From Chara braunii (lineage: Eukaryota > Plantae > Charophyceae): DNA of 64,000 nucleotides. The notes under the pieces are model-generated. The model ran no database searches. It was not told where the DNA came from and saw only the letters and a list, made by a program, of their open reading frames with translations. The DNA is taken from positions 140,956 to 204,955 of the forward strand of contig BFEA01000037.1 in the NCBI GenBank assembly GCA_003427395.1, in the 5' to 3' direction. Shown here piece after piece: positions 38,458 to 49,691 of the stretch (within the stretch, counting starts at the first letter, position 1; every line of letters begins with the position of its first letter). The translations under genes were made by a program, and so were the position numbers.

Positions 38458-38878
38458 CAATACCTCAGAGGTGAGGGCCGTGCTGGGATGCCTCAGAGCA
38501 ATAGGTCAACCCAGCAAGCATCCCCGTATAATTTCCCAATCACCCAGAAAAGTTAATTTAATATCATTTGGTTCGATGAACCTCGGATCAGATACCGAAC
38601 TGGTTCCAGAAAAGAAGAAGAAGGAGATATTAGACTAATCAGAATAGATAGTACACTTGATCTTAGCCTAGTTTATTTCCATTTATTTTCTTTCGTCTTA
38701 TCAGCTTACTTCGGCTAAGGGAACATTATAAAATTAGGGGCTACCCCCTCTCAAAAGCCACCATTTATGGACAAGCTAGGGGTCCAGTCCATCAAAAAAA
38801 TCACTCCATTAGATAAATAAATAATATCACAGTTCTTACCCGTAATTTCATTTTTTCAAAACAAAACAAAGGTTGTTT

Positions 38879-40491
38879 TGCAATAACCCGCTCAAATATG
38901 CCTATGTCGTCGGCCAAGGGGGCCACCCACAGGCCACGGATCGGCCTCAAGGCCCTGCGTCTGACCGTTGGAAACAGAGCCCCTGAAATGAGGCTTCAAA
39001 GGCCCTGTGCCCGACCATTGACCGAAGTCAACTCTAAATCAGAATATCGAGGCTCACGAGTCAAAGTCTTCACGGACCCAGTCCAGGCCACCAATCAGAC
39101 ACACACACTTGGTTGTACGCAGGTATCCAGGCAGCATTTGGTCCCAGTGAAAGTCTGCAACTGTACGAGATCCAGGTCGTCGACTGTGAGTCAATCTAAG
39201 CCTCCGTACGTGAGAGACCAAAGGGTGGTCAATGGCATCAACACCATTTATTGACACAGGCCCTGGAAGTCAACATTCAGTCTTGCACTTGTTGCTTGAC
39301 GATAGCACGAAACTGGCTTGACACTGGCTCGACGCTGGGAGGACGTTGGCATTGTGTGATGACGATGCGAGACAGTTGCATTGCGTGCTGGCGCCTTTCT
39401 GCTTCTGGCGCCAGCTGTCTTCTTAAATACTGACGTGGCACTTACCACTCTGTCTTTGGCATTGCTGACGTGGCGTATGCCACACGCAGATTGGGGATGC
39501 GACAAGGAGGTAGATCAGGATCTGTGGGATTAATAATGTGACGGAGGGGGAAACTTACCTGTTGATGTTGTCGACATTGCGCACCGCAGAGACGTCTTCA
39601 CAGGAGATTTGTGCCTAGGCTCGTTTCTGGGACACTGTTTGCTGACGTGGATATGGGAGACACCCGAAGAAGAAGTGAGGATTGAGGGAGTTTTATCCAC
39701 GTGGACATTGATGGATACTTTCTCTTCCACCCTCTAAGTCTATTCTCCCACTTATCTACTTCATCCTACGGTTACGAGACATTGTATTACAGATCACATT
39801 TCACGATTTCTGGAGACATTTATCATGGCTACGATCAGGACGTCCGGACCGCCATCCGGACGGTCTGGATTCAGTCCGGAATCCAGACGTCCGGTCTGGA
39901 AGGTCCCGATCTGGCAAATTGCGGGAAAAAAAAAAAAAAAAAAAACGGTCCAAGACCCTTCCCCATTGAGAAGCCAAGCCCCCAAAATTGTTTTGGGGGT
40001 TTTTCAGGCCCGTTTATGCCTTTTTTGGGGGTCCGGACATGCTCTCTCTCTATAGTAATTTATTAGACAACCCCAATTTTTTAATTATTAATAATTCATT
40101 ACCTTTTATTAGTGTTTATTACTTTTTAAAGTCTTTTTTTAAGCTTTTTATAGTTTTTGACTTTTAACTCAAGTTTAGTTAGGAATTCTGACATGACTCT
40201 GAGGCAAAAGTGGTTTGCATTGTTATCCTGCATAACATACTTTTTTTTCAGATTTTTTTATTTTTTATTTTTTTTTAATGGTCCGGACATTTCCGGACCG
40301 TCCGGATCCCCCCATGTTCGAAGGTCCGAAAATGTCAGGAAATTCGGGCGTCCGGAAACTACCGGACACAGGTCCGGTTCCATGTACGGAAATGTCTGGG
40401 TCCGGGTCCGGCGTAGCCATGACATTTACCAGCGCTAGGTTATCTTGTATTTCGACACTTCTCGAGTTTCCTCCTAACTGGGTTCATTACA
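38879..40491 (+). mobile_element. Solo LTR, diverged relative of family A
   Basis: Same termini TGCAATAACCC...CTGGGTTCATTACA; no PBS follows; flanks GTTT/ATTT. Confidence 0.75.
39824..40421. mobile_element. hAT-type MITE nested in the solo LTR
   Basis: TIR CATGGCTACG/CGTAGCCATG; 8-bp TSD ACATTTAT/ACATTTAC; GTCCGG subterminal repeats; AT-rich core. Confidence 0.88.
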
Positions 40492-42972
40492 ATTTTTTTT
40501 AATCATCATCACAAGCCACAAGATCACATTCACCGCGATGATGTTGTCAGCTAACCAAACACAAGCCGTACTTTTGATGCTTCCGCCGTACTCAGGAATG
40601 CATCATGAGCAAGTCCTCCATTAGGCTAAATAGGAGGTGAGCCATGAGAGACTAACGATAGAAGAGATTCTCCTATCAAAGTTTCGGCACTACGAATACA
40701 AACAAGCGGCAAAAAGACTAATAGAAAAAATCATGAAGAAACTAACGGCAGAAGAGATTAACTAAGAGAACCCTTAAGAAGCTAACAACAGAAGAATGGT
40801 GGACAAAAGGCATCCATGCCTTCCACCATCTCCTCCAACAATCCGAAGAGCAAAGAAAACCCTCAAGAAACCAACCGCAATAACCCATGCCATGTCTCGT
40901 GGAATCTGAGGGTCATCTGAGGGCCCACTTGGCTGCTCTCACCGCAGGCTGAAACAGGGAAAAAAAACCACACGAATTCAGGGCCTGGCGTGTGACAGTT
41001 GACTTTAGTCAACTATCGTTCCATCCAACAGTCAAAGTCCAAAGGTATCTAGCCCAGGCCGCTAGTCAAGCACACACACTTGTTTGTATGCAGGTATCCA
41101 GACAACATCAAGTCCAAGGGAGAAGTCTGCAACGATACAATCCGGGCCTTCAGATGTGAGTTAATCTGGACGACTGTGGGAAAAGCACCGAGGCCAGACA
41201 ACCTCAACATCTGCTACTTAAGGCTGGCCTCGAGTGAGCCAAGCATTCAGTCTTGCTATGCTGCTTTGACGCTGGTTCGACTTTGACCAGACGTTGGCAT
41301 TATGTTGGCTCGACGTTGGCTGTGCGCAGGTGTTGTGAACGACAGCACACAGTGGAGGCAGCATGCTGGCGCTTCTTCTCTGCGCCAGGCAATGTCGATG
41401 TGGCGCTACCTTTGGTCTTCATGGCATGCTGATGTGGCGCTGCCTCTGGTCTTCATGGCATGTTGATGTGGCGTTGCCTCTAGTTTACATGTTGACATGA
41501 CGCTGTTACTGGTTTACATTGCATACTGACGTGGCGCTGCCTCTGGTCTATACTGCATACTGACGTGGCGCCACCTCTGGTCTATATTGCATGTTGATGT
41601 GGCGTTACCTCTGGTCTACATTATATACTGATGTGGCGCATACCACCTGTTTCGACTGCTAACGTGGCATTGTCCACGCTGTCTACATGAGATGACTGGT
41701 TGCGTGGAGGAGGAAGATCGGGATCTGTGCATGAAGGAGGTCGGGTACTCACCTGAGGTGATGAAGGAGGTCGGGTACTCACCTAAGGTTGACGTCGTCA
41801 CTGGAATCTGCTATGTCTTCACGGTCTTCAGGAGATTAAGTGCCACGTGGCACTACTGTGTGTGATCAGGAATATATTTATTATCATTGTTGACGTGGAG
41901 AGGGAAGAAGCCCGGAGAAGGAGAGGGGCCTGGAGAGATTATTATTGTTTGATCTTTCATCTTCTCCTTCGTTTGTTCCCCCTCCACTCTCTTCTCATAA
42001 TGGTAATAAGATATTGTTTAAAGATATCACTTCACGATTTGGAGACTTTGATGCAAATGATGAGACTACTGATTTTTGACGACTTCTTAGTATCTGCCAG
42101 ATTGGGTTCATTACAATTTGGTATCGAAGCTACTCTTTCATCGCAATCTGCTCTCTGCTGTCAGGTGCTGACGTGGCACCCAGGTAAGTGGGAAGTGCCG
42201 CATGTGAAAAACGAAACGCGTTTATTAACGTGCGCGGTATGTACCGCAAGTCTAGACATGGTAGTATTGCACGTGCGAGAAGCTGTCCCTTGAAGATGAT
42301 GACGCGGCTGCATTGAAGATTTCAAGATGTCGACAAGAGCTTCGTTGGCAATGTGCTGACGTGGCGCTGGTACGGAGAAAGATTGGTACCGCCGATGTGG
42401 CACATTGTTTATGTGGCATGCAGGGCATGGTCTGAAGTGGCACGTACCTGCGTCACTATTGCTCGCTGTTGATGTGCTGACATGGTATGCTAGTGTTGAG
42501 TGTGTGGCAAATCTGCATTGCTGGCGTGTCATCCCCTCTAGAAGACCTTGCAGGTCCTTGTCACTGATGTGGCAATAGTGCTACGTTGGCATGCCAAGGT
42601 GACACGTGGCATGCAAAGATTGTGCACTTGTTGTCGAGGGTCACATTGTTTCTGCAGATGATAAAGTAGAAGCTAACCATTGATTGTATTGTTGTGCTGG
42701 CTTTTCTACTTACCTGTTGTCTGTTCTGTGGATGTTGTGTGTACTCACAAGTGTGTTGTTGCCTTGATCACACTGGCTGTGGCTGCGGTACCTGTAGTTG
42801 TAGGACATCATCACATAGGAAACAAACAACAAAGTTAGACTCAGAAATTGATTGAGAACCTGCTTCTTTGTATTTACCTTGTTTGTTTCTTGCCTTAGGA
42901 GTTGCGTGTGTCGTGAAATTTATTATTGTCTTTTGATTTTATTTGTTGTGTGGCATCTACACGTGTGGGAAA

Positions 42973-44806
42973 ATGAACTCCCTCTGGAAATGTCTGCATG
43001 AATCAATCTTGACGTGGCTCATTCCTCTTGTTTTCTTCCCTATCCCTCTCATGGTCTATGCCGATGAAGAAGGGCGGGAGAAAAAGTCCCGTGGGCAAAT
43101 TGATGCCAGAAAGAAGACTTTCATTGGTCCTCTCCACCACTTTCTCGGTGAGGTACACGGTGCCGGTTCCGAAATTGAACAGCGGATTCATGGCTAGTTC
43201 GATCTGCAAGCTGCAGAAAGCGAATTGGAAGCCGTCGAAACAGTAGTTCAAGTGATTGAGACCGGTAAAAAGGTTGAGGACCTCATAAAGCAAGGACGAA
43301 TAGTCCTTGACCGGTATGTCGCCGAGGGATTTGCCAAGATAGGATAGGAAAGAAAGAAGAGAAGAAAAGAAGAAAAGAAAAAACAAGTAGAACCACATTC
43401 GTCTATTGAGGTGATGGAGGAAAACATCAGAGAATTAGAAAACACTCTGAGGGAAGAAAGGAGAAAGATCGACGAGTTCCGAAGAATACAAGCAGCACAG
43501 GAAGAAGAGCAATGAATAAGGAATGAATTAAGGCAAATATTTTAGTATGAGGAAGCAAGCAACGAGCTTGCATCCATCCTTCAATCAATCATGATCTATC
43601 TTGTTTCCCTTGAAAAGAAGTTTGACAGTAACACTGCCTCATTAGAGACAGTGACCAGAATCTTGAAAGGAAAGAACAAGGTAGGATTTGAGGAGGCGAC
43701 CAGGGGGGAGTTAGTAAAGAAGGAACCCCAAGAGAAATTGATGAAGAATGCCATGAAGCGAGCTACGCCAGACAAAGCCAAAGGTTCTAAGAAAACCTGA
43801 GAGACCGGCCGAGAAGAAAGAAGAACCCACTAAGAAAGAGGAACCGGTCAAAGAAGTGGAGAAGCCAAAGAAAAAGGAAAAGGTTAAAATGAATGTCATT
43901 TACGTATAACAACAAGAAGGGAAAAAAAAATATTGTTATGGATTGCAAAAATCTAGACTTATTGTAGCACTGCACTCGTTGGTCACGTTCTCCACGTTTT
44001 GTCTGGGAGGAGTGGCCAAGGAATGGGTGTTGGTCGAAGCCAATGCTGCTGCTTTTGAGGATATCGGTGATTGGGCTAAAACTCTTGACCTCGAGCAGTT
44101 TCTCCAAAAGATAAAGGAGAGATTTCTTGACAAGACAACGATCGATAAGGCCTTCGACGAACTGACCAGCATTGGCCAGAAACATTGGACTTCGGCTGAT
44201 ACTTTGTCGCGTGAGGTTGATCGTCTTCTGCAGGTACCTGGACTGAACCTTCAGGATAACCAAGTTCTCTATATCTACTCACGTGCACTGCCCGAACCCA
44301 TCCGTGGACAGCTTGTGGCAGAAGCTAACTATCGGCAGTTTCGTGATCTCACTCTCCAAAAAGAGCAGATGACCGCACTCGTAAAAGGATCTTACGCTTC
44401 GGTAGTCAAATCGGGACCGGTTGGGGGATATGGCAAGCTGGTCCTCTGGCGGCAAAAGCGCCAGGACCACATGCTTGTGTTATTTGACGATGAGATTGTA
44501 AAAAAGTTACCACTCGAAGAATCCAAGGGAGGAGGTGGTACAGGCAGCAGTGAGTCCGGGAAGGGTGAAGTCACTGTTGTCATGGGCAACAACGGAGGCC
44601 AGAACCAATAGAAGAAGAACAGGAGGCCACGCTCGTTTCCCGAGCATCCCGGCATCGCATTTGGGAGACCTTGGGAGAAAATGAACATGACTGGTGAGGA
44701 ATCGCAGTCCAAGATGGACAACCGCTAGTGCCTCAAGTGCGACACCGTGGGGCACGTGATAGCCTGGTGCTCGCATATTCGTAACCCAAAAGCAAGCAAC
44801 CAGTAG
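42973..44806 (+). pseudogene. gag: Family A gag
   Basis: Hydrophobic N-terminus, coiled coil, CLGGVAKEW...FLQKIKERF...YSRALPEPIR capsid region, degenerate CCHC knuckle. Confidence 0.85.
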
Positions 44807-44978
44807 GAGTAGCATCTGCTCCTACTGAGTTGAAGGGATTAGACGAAGACAAAGGAAAGACGTTTGTAACCCCTTCTACCCCTTCGACTCTTAAGGCAGA
44901 GGATGGCTCTTCTTCCGCCCATCGTCCGGACCACCCTGGCACAGTACTTTATTATGTCTCACTGAACGATTCCCTTAA

Positions 44979-47900
44979 ACCACTAGTACCTCCCAACCTT
45001 CTTTTGCCAACCCTGAATTTCACTGAGCACTGAAANNNNNNNNNNNNNNNNNNNNNNNNNNNNNNNNNNNNNNNNNNNNNNNNNNNNNNNNNNNNNNNNN
45101 NNNNNNNNNNNNNNNNNNNNNNNNNNNNNNNNNNNNNNNNNNNNNNAGACAGCCCCATCCAGTGCTAGGGGTGCTGGTAAAAGCAGACACCACTAGCACC
45201 GGGGGACGGCTCCATCTATTGGTGGGGAGCGTCACCTGCTGCAAATCGGGTCCAGTGTCCCATACACAGAGTGAAAGCACCTGCTGGAAATCGGGTCCAG
45301 CGTCCCCTACACAGAGTGAAATCACAGACTAAAATTAGGGAGAATCCTGCCAGCATTGATTGCTCTGGAACCCAGAGGATTTAACTGAGCAGATTGTGTC
45401 AGAACAGGGAGGAGCCTCTTCACACCATGTCGGGCGCCAGATCACTACGTATACAAACTGGTCCCTCCCCTGCATTTGCAGTCTTGCTTACTCCGCTCCG
45501 TACCATTGCATGTCCACCACAGCCAACTGATGAGGGGGAAAGGGGTCGGGGAAGTCCGCAGAAGGCCGTAACGGGACCTCTTGGCCCACCGTTGTCCAAT
45601 CTTTAAAACAAAGTTGGTAGTCCTTCCTGATCGGATCCCGGTTACCGACTTGGTTGTCTCCTTCGCCTTCCGGGATTATGCCGCCCTCCAATTGGATGGA
45701 GGCAATTCGGCCGCCATTCTCGCCGCCCAACCAGTCCCCCGAGAATTTTTGGATTTTTTGTTTTATTTCATTCCTTGTTTGGCACAGATCTAGCTGGCCC
45801 TTAACCTTCTGCCATTGCGTCATTAGTTCTTGCTGTATAAATTGTCTGATCATGTCCGTCATTTCCTCCCCCGCTATACGGACGCCCTCCAAAGTGTGTA
45901 TGCAGTGTCTTCTCCAGATCGCCCACATAACCGCCCTCCTCCCTATTCTAAACATGTTCTCCTCAAAGGTACTAAGTGTGGGGGAGGTCCATGTCTCACA
46001 CAGTATCGCCCTCCAGTCCCATGGCCAGTTCGTTTTGGTGTCCAGCAGACTCGAAATTATGTCCCACCATCGCCATGTGAGAACGGACTCCGGGCATTGC
46101 AATAAAATATGTTCTATGGTTTCCGGAATCCTCCGGGAGGGGAACGCCATGTCACACGACTTGCACCATGGGAGGGCAAGACCTCTTTGTTCCAAATAGA
46201 TGCAATCTATTAACCAGTCATTGGTGGGGAGGCAGCGGTGTTCCATCTACCACTGCAGCGAAGCTAGCTTCGCAGGTTTGGCCCGCGTAAGGGAAAACCA
46301 TCGGATAGGGCGAATCACTTCAGCCCCAACATTCAAGTGGGACCTCCAACGGGTTTTTACTATATCCTTCAGATTTACCCTGGGGCGCAGCAATCGATAA
46401 GTAGCCTTCACTGTCAAGCCGTGGAGCTCCCGGCTCCGTGATCTCGGGGATCTGCGCGGGGAGGGCCATTTCCACTCCTCCTAATCGAAAGGGAGGTCCA
46501 CGATGCAGGTCCCGGCTGGTATGCTATGCAGTCCTCCTTGTCACACAGAACCCGGATCCTACTCAGATCAGAGTTTCGGCACCATCTCAGCGCGGCCGGG
46601 GCCCGTTCAGTTAATCTGTTGTCATTTCCTTTGTGAAAGAGATTAATCAGCAATTCGTCCGTGCGTGTTTCCACAACCTTTCCCACACACTCTGGCTCTC
46701 CGGGGGTCATTACCCAGTCCCCAGTCTTCAAATTGGGTCCCTTACGCAGAATGCTCACCCAGTCCAGGGGGATCTCAAAGATCAACCTTTCCAGATTATC
46801 TGCTAAGTTGTGGCAGTGCTTCAGCAACGTCCTCATTTGTGATTCTGTTTTCCAACCCTTATTGTCTGAGTCCCAGATGTCTTTAACTCTAATTATACCC
46901 CTTTTGACCCAGCTATTCCACGGGGGGTCCGAACTACAATACACTCTTCCATTTCAGTCCGTGATATTTCTATTCCCGAACAGAGGTTGTCGGGCCACCT
47001 TCTACCATCTGGTTGGCCTAGGTATTTCTGGCAACGGTAGTTGACGCCAACGAATCCAGAAGTCATCTTTTGTGATGTCGCTGCGGGCCGCATCTCGGTT
47101 GGTAAGGTCGCTGCGGGCCGCATCTCGGTTTTGATTCCTGCCTGCGCGGGAGCGCCGCGGCAAGGGCTAGAAACGGTCTTCCAACCAAGTCAGGGGGGTT
47201 ACTGTTCGAGGGGCTTGTGGGGCGAGACGAGCGATCTGTTTCAACGCCAGAGCTTGCCATGGGAGGTCTTGTGCCAACACCAGTCTCCTGATCCACTGCA
47301 CCATCAGCGCTGTGACCTGGACCCCTGGGTCTAGGATCCCCAAACCTCCTCTGTCCTTAGGCTGGATCACCGTCGTCCACGCCACCCTATTGATAACCCT
47401 GGGAAGCTCGTTGTTACCCCTCCACAGCATTGCCATTAGTTGTCGTTTGAGCGACCTCACTGCCTCCTTACTAAGTGCCCATATCGCCGATTTATACCAG
47501 AGGGCAGCAAGCACCACATTGTTAATCGCCAGCGCCCTACCGATTAAGGAGGTGTATTTATCGTTCCAACGCGCCGGTTTCCCTGTTGCTGTTAACATTA
47601 TTCCTAACACTCTCACCGAGGCTATTTCCGGAAGCCATTTGACTCGTGGCAGCTCCGGGGGGCGCACTCCTTGGTGGTGTATCCACCACCTAAAGGTTTT
47701 ATTGCCCCAATTAACTGTCATATCTGACACCGCTGTGAACTTGTCAAACAAACGTCTAATCTCCTCCATGTTCTCAGTGGTGGCGTCGACCATGAGTGTC
47801 AGGTCATCCGCGAACATCGATCAGACAGGGATAGCCACTTCCGGAATGGCCGATATCTGCAGCTTCCTCAAATTTTTGTTAGCCCGGAGATTCGCCGCCA

Positions 47901-49691
47901 TGGCCTCCATCACTATTATGATCAGGAATGGGGCCAGGGGGTCTCCTTGGCGGACAGGCCGCCGCAGAGGGAATGCCGGTGCGATTCTGCCATTAATTTG
48001 GACACACGTGGTCGCGTTGTGATGCAAGATTTCAGTCCCGCGGCGAAAGACCGGGCCTATGTTCATTTTTTCCATGCACCGGTCGAGAAAAAGTCAGTCC
48101 ACATGGTCGTAGGCTTTCTCCAAGTCTATGAAGACCACGGCCAGGTTTTGTTTGTCTTGCCTGGTTAACTTAAGCAGTTCATTCACCAGTAGGATGTTAT
48201 CTTGGATCCTGCGACTCTTGACAAAACCGGTTTGAGTCGGATGGATGATCTGATTCAGGACCTGGATCAGCCGGTTAGCCAGTGCTTTCCCTAGCATCTT
48301 ATAAACGACCGTGAGCAGCGTTATCAGCCAGTAGTTTCTAATGTCCATCATATCCCCTTTTCTGTGCAGCAGCGTGAGGACACCCTGCCCCACCACCTCC
48401 CCCATGTTTCCGGTCTCCCACACCGAGTTGTAGTATTACATGAGGTCTGAGGCCATCTGGGGCCAAAAGGTTTCCCAGAATTCTTTGGGGAGACCGTCCA
48501 CCCTCGGGGTTTTCTCATTCTCCATCTGCTCCATTGCTACCCATATTTCTTCCTTGGACAGCGGCCGATCTAGGGTCAATCGTTGCTGCTGTGTTAGGGT
48601 TTTGCTCATTGGTTCTAAAAATTCAGTTATTTCTTGTTCTCGAGTGTTTTTCTCTTGATGGACGCACCTGGACGTGAATAAGTCCTTGAAGAAGGACCTC
48701 GCTATCTGCATGCATTGAGGTGTAGAACATGCCACGCCCCTTTGTGCCGAGTGCGGGTCGTATAATGCTTCTATCGTTGTTCTGCGCATGCGAGCCCGGA
48801 CCAGGCTAAAGAACTTTTTATCCATGGAGCCTTCCTTTTGATGCCATGTGAGTCGCCCTCTGATTCGTGCCCCCTCCCAGCGTTGTGAAGCCTCCCAGCC
48901 TGTTTTTGCCAACCCTGAATTTCACTGCGCACCGAAAGTTGCTGAGTCTGGGTCCCATTGTGTTTTCTTTTATGCGTCTCTTCGAAAATCGAAAGAAAAA
49001 AAGAACAAAAAATAAATAAAAAAAATCAACTACGCTAGGGACGTGAAAACAGTCGGATTCAAATTATAGGGTACATGTGAGAGTATGCACCTTCAACGAG
49101 CGTTACAACTCTGCTGAAATCATGACAGCAGAAAAAAAACAAAAGAAAACAAACAAAAATTCAACAACAACTCTTTGGACGTGCTAGATATAGAATCTGT
49201 AGTACCTGTGACAGTATGCCCTCCCAACGGCCATTGCAGCCCTGCTGTAATCACGACAACAGAAAAAAAAAAGTAAGAAAAAGAAAACAGAAAAGCATCA
49301 TCACTTTGGACGTGAAAGCAGCTAGATACAAAATCTGGAGTACGAGTGAGAATGCGCCCCCTGTTGCAAAGTGTCAGTTGCCCGTGGAATGCGCCTTGCC
49401 TCTCGTTGGCAGGGCACTAAACGCGGATCACCAAAAAAAGAAAGCAAAACACATACAAAAAATGAAACTGGCTATGTTTCTGGATAGATGCGTTCCTTTG
49501 AATTCTAATGTGAGCACATCTCCTTCATGGCCTTTCCCGACGTCCTTCCTTTCTTTCTTTTCTTCTCATTTTTCTTCTTTTTGGTACTAGGAAATACAAC
49601 TGATGTCGGGCCTGTGGTACCTTTCTTCGGGGAAAATGGAAAAATGTCCATTTTTTCCTAATTTCCCAACACTGGCGAAGGTACTAGTGGT
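44979..49691. mobile_element. Non-autonomous TTAA-specific TIR transposon (about 0.8 kb without the nested LINE)
   Basis: 13-bp TIR ACCACTAGTACCT/AGGTACTAGTGGT flanked by TTAA (44975-44978, 49692-49695); the empty site is visible in the paralogous copy near 14190. Confidence 0.9.
45148..48903 (-). mobile_element. 5'-truncated L1/Tx1-type LINE; decayed ORF2 (RT and C-terminal zinc finger)
   Basis: GARIRGR..W, KTPRVDGLPKEF, KGD..DIRNY, QTGFV, DLEKAYD, RQGDPLAP, MFADD, CKSC..ETIEHILLQC; flanked by a duplication of about 34 bp (45002-45035, 48904-48937); 3' end lies in the N gap. Confidence 0.9.
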
